The translations under genes were made by a program, and so were the position numbers. The notes under the pieces are model-generated. The model worked only from the letters and a program-made list of their open reading frames with translations. It did no database searches and was not told the origin of the DNA. Of a stretch of 64,000 nucleotides of DNA, positions 63,701 through 64,000 are shown one piece after another; within the stretch, counting starts at the first letter, position 1, and every line of letters starts with the position of its first letter. The DNA comes from Lingula anatina (taxonomy: Eukaryota; Animalia; Brachiopoda): NCBI GenBank assembly GCA_051362555.1, contig CM120644.1, forward strand, positions 6,208,954 through 6,272,953. Reading direction: 5' to 3'.

Positions 63701-64000
63701 ACGTCCGCGCCGAAAGCGCCATCTATTTCCGTTGTGTCGAGAAGTTAATGTGTTGTGTTGCGATTTTCTTTGGTGTTGTGTCGAAAAGTTAAATGTGTCG
63801 TGTTGAAATTGTGTTGTGTGTTGAGTGATTTTGTTGTGTGTTGTGGCACTTATACGCTTCCATAGAGGCCGTCTTCTGGGTCTTTCAGATTTTAAAGTTC
63901 ACATTGATGGGTATCTGTTTTTTCTGTTGGAAGACCATCAAAAATGTAGGATGGATCAACAAAGATAATTTGGAATACTGTCAGAAAATATCTCTGGATC
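60761..64000. mobile_element. hAT-like MITE (caggggcggat family) split by a later insertion
   Basis: 60761-60778 plus 63871-64000 rejoin to match the reverse complement of 33154-33321. Confidence 0.8.
60779..63864. mobile_element. 3.1-kb non-autonomous foldback DNA transposon, IS3EU-like
   Basis: Termini TATGGAAGCG...CGCTTCCATA, near-perfect TIR of about 250 bp (imperfectly to about 390 bp), GAGGCC 6-bp TSD; interior made of inverted and tandem subrepeats; no transposase ORF. Confidence 0.85.

Overview
AT-rich, intron-containing animal genomic DNA; it is not prokaryotic, and a mollusc/lophotrochozoan origin is inferred from gene and repeat content. I assembled exons by hand, checking splice phases. 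Conserved genes: the 3' part of an integrin beta gene (+, 193-8886), SMARCAL1 (-, 41234-12627), HOP2/PSMC3IP (+, 42402-48995, head-to-head with SMARCAL1) and N-acetylneuraminate lyase NPL (+, 54120-58341). A 6-exon, 210-aa gene that I do not recognise lies at 52827-50485 (-). The most unusual region is the 12-kb SMARCAL1 intron (16496-28577). It holds an antisense nested cluster of two paralogous single-coding-exon genes encoding CARD + multi-pass membrane proteins, flanking a DZIP3-like HEPN RNase ORF, which is a candidate innate-immune/cell-death module. The integrin has a pair of 84-nt mutually-exclusive-type exons and a duplicated transmembrane exon that differs only at synonymous sites. 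Several exon boundaries in the integrin and HOP2 are tandemly duplicated. Transposons include a Gypsy remnant, a deleted ISL2EU-like element, a Kolobok-like MITE pair, hAT5- and Harbinger-like MITEs, Helentron-like tandem elements and a 3.1-kb IS3EU-like foldback. No database searches were run; family calls rest on recognised motifs.
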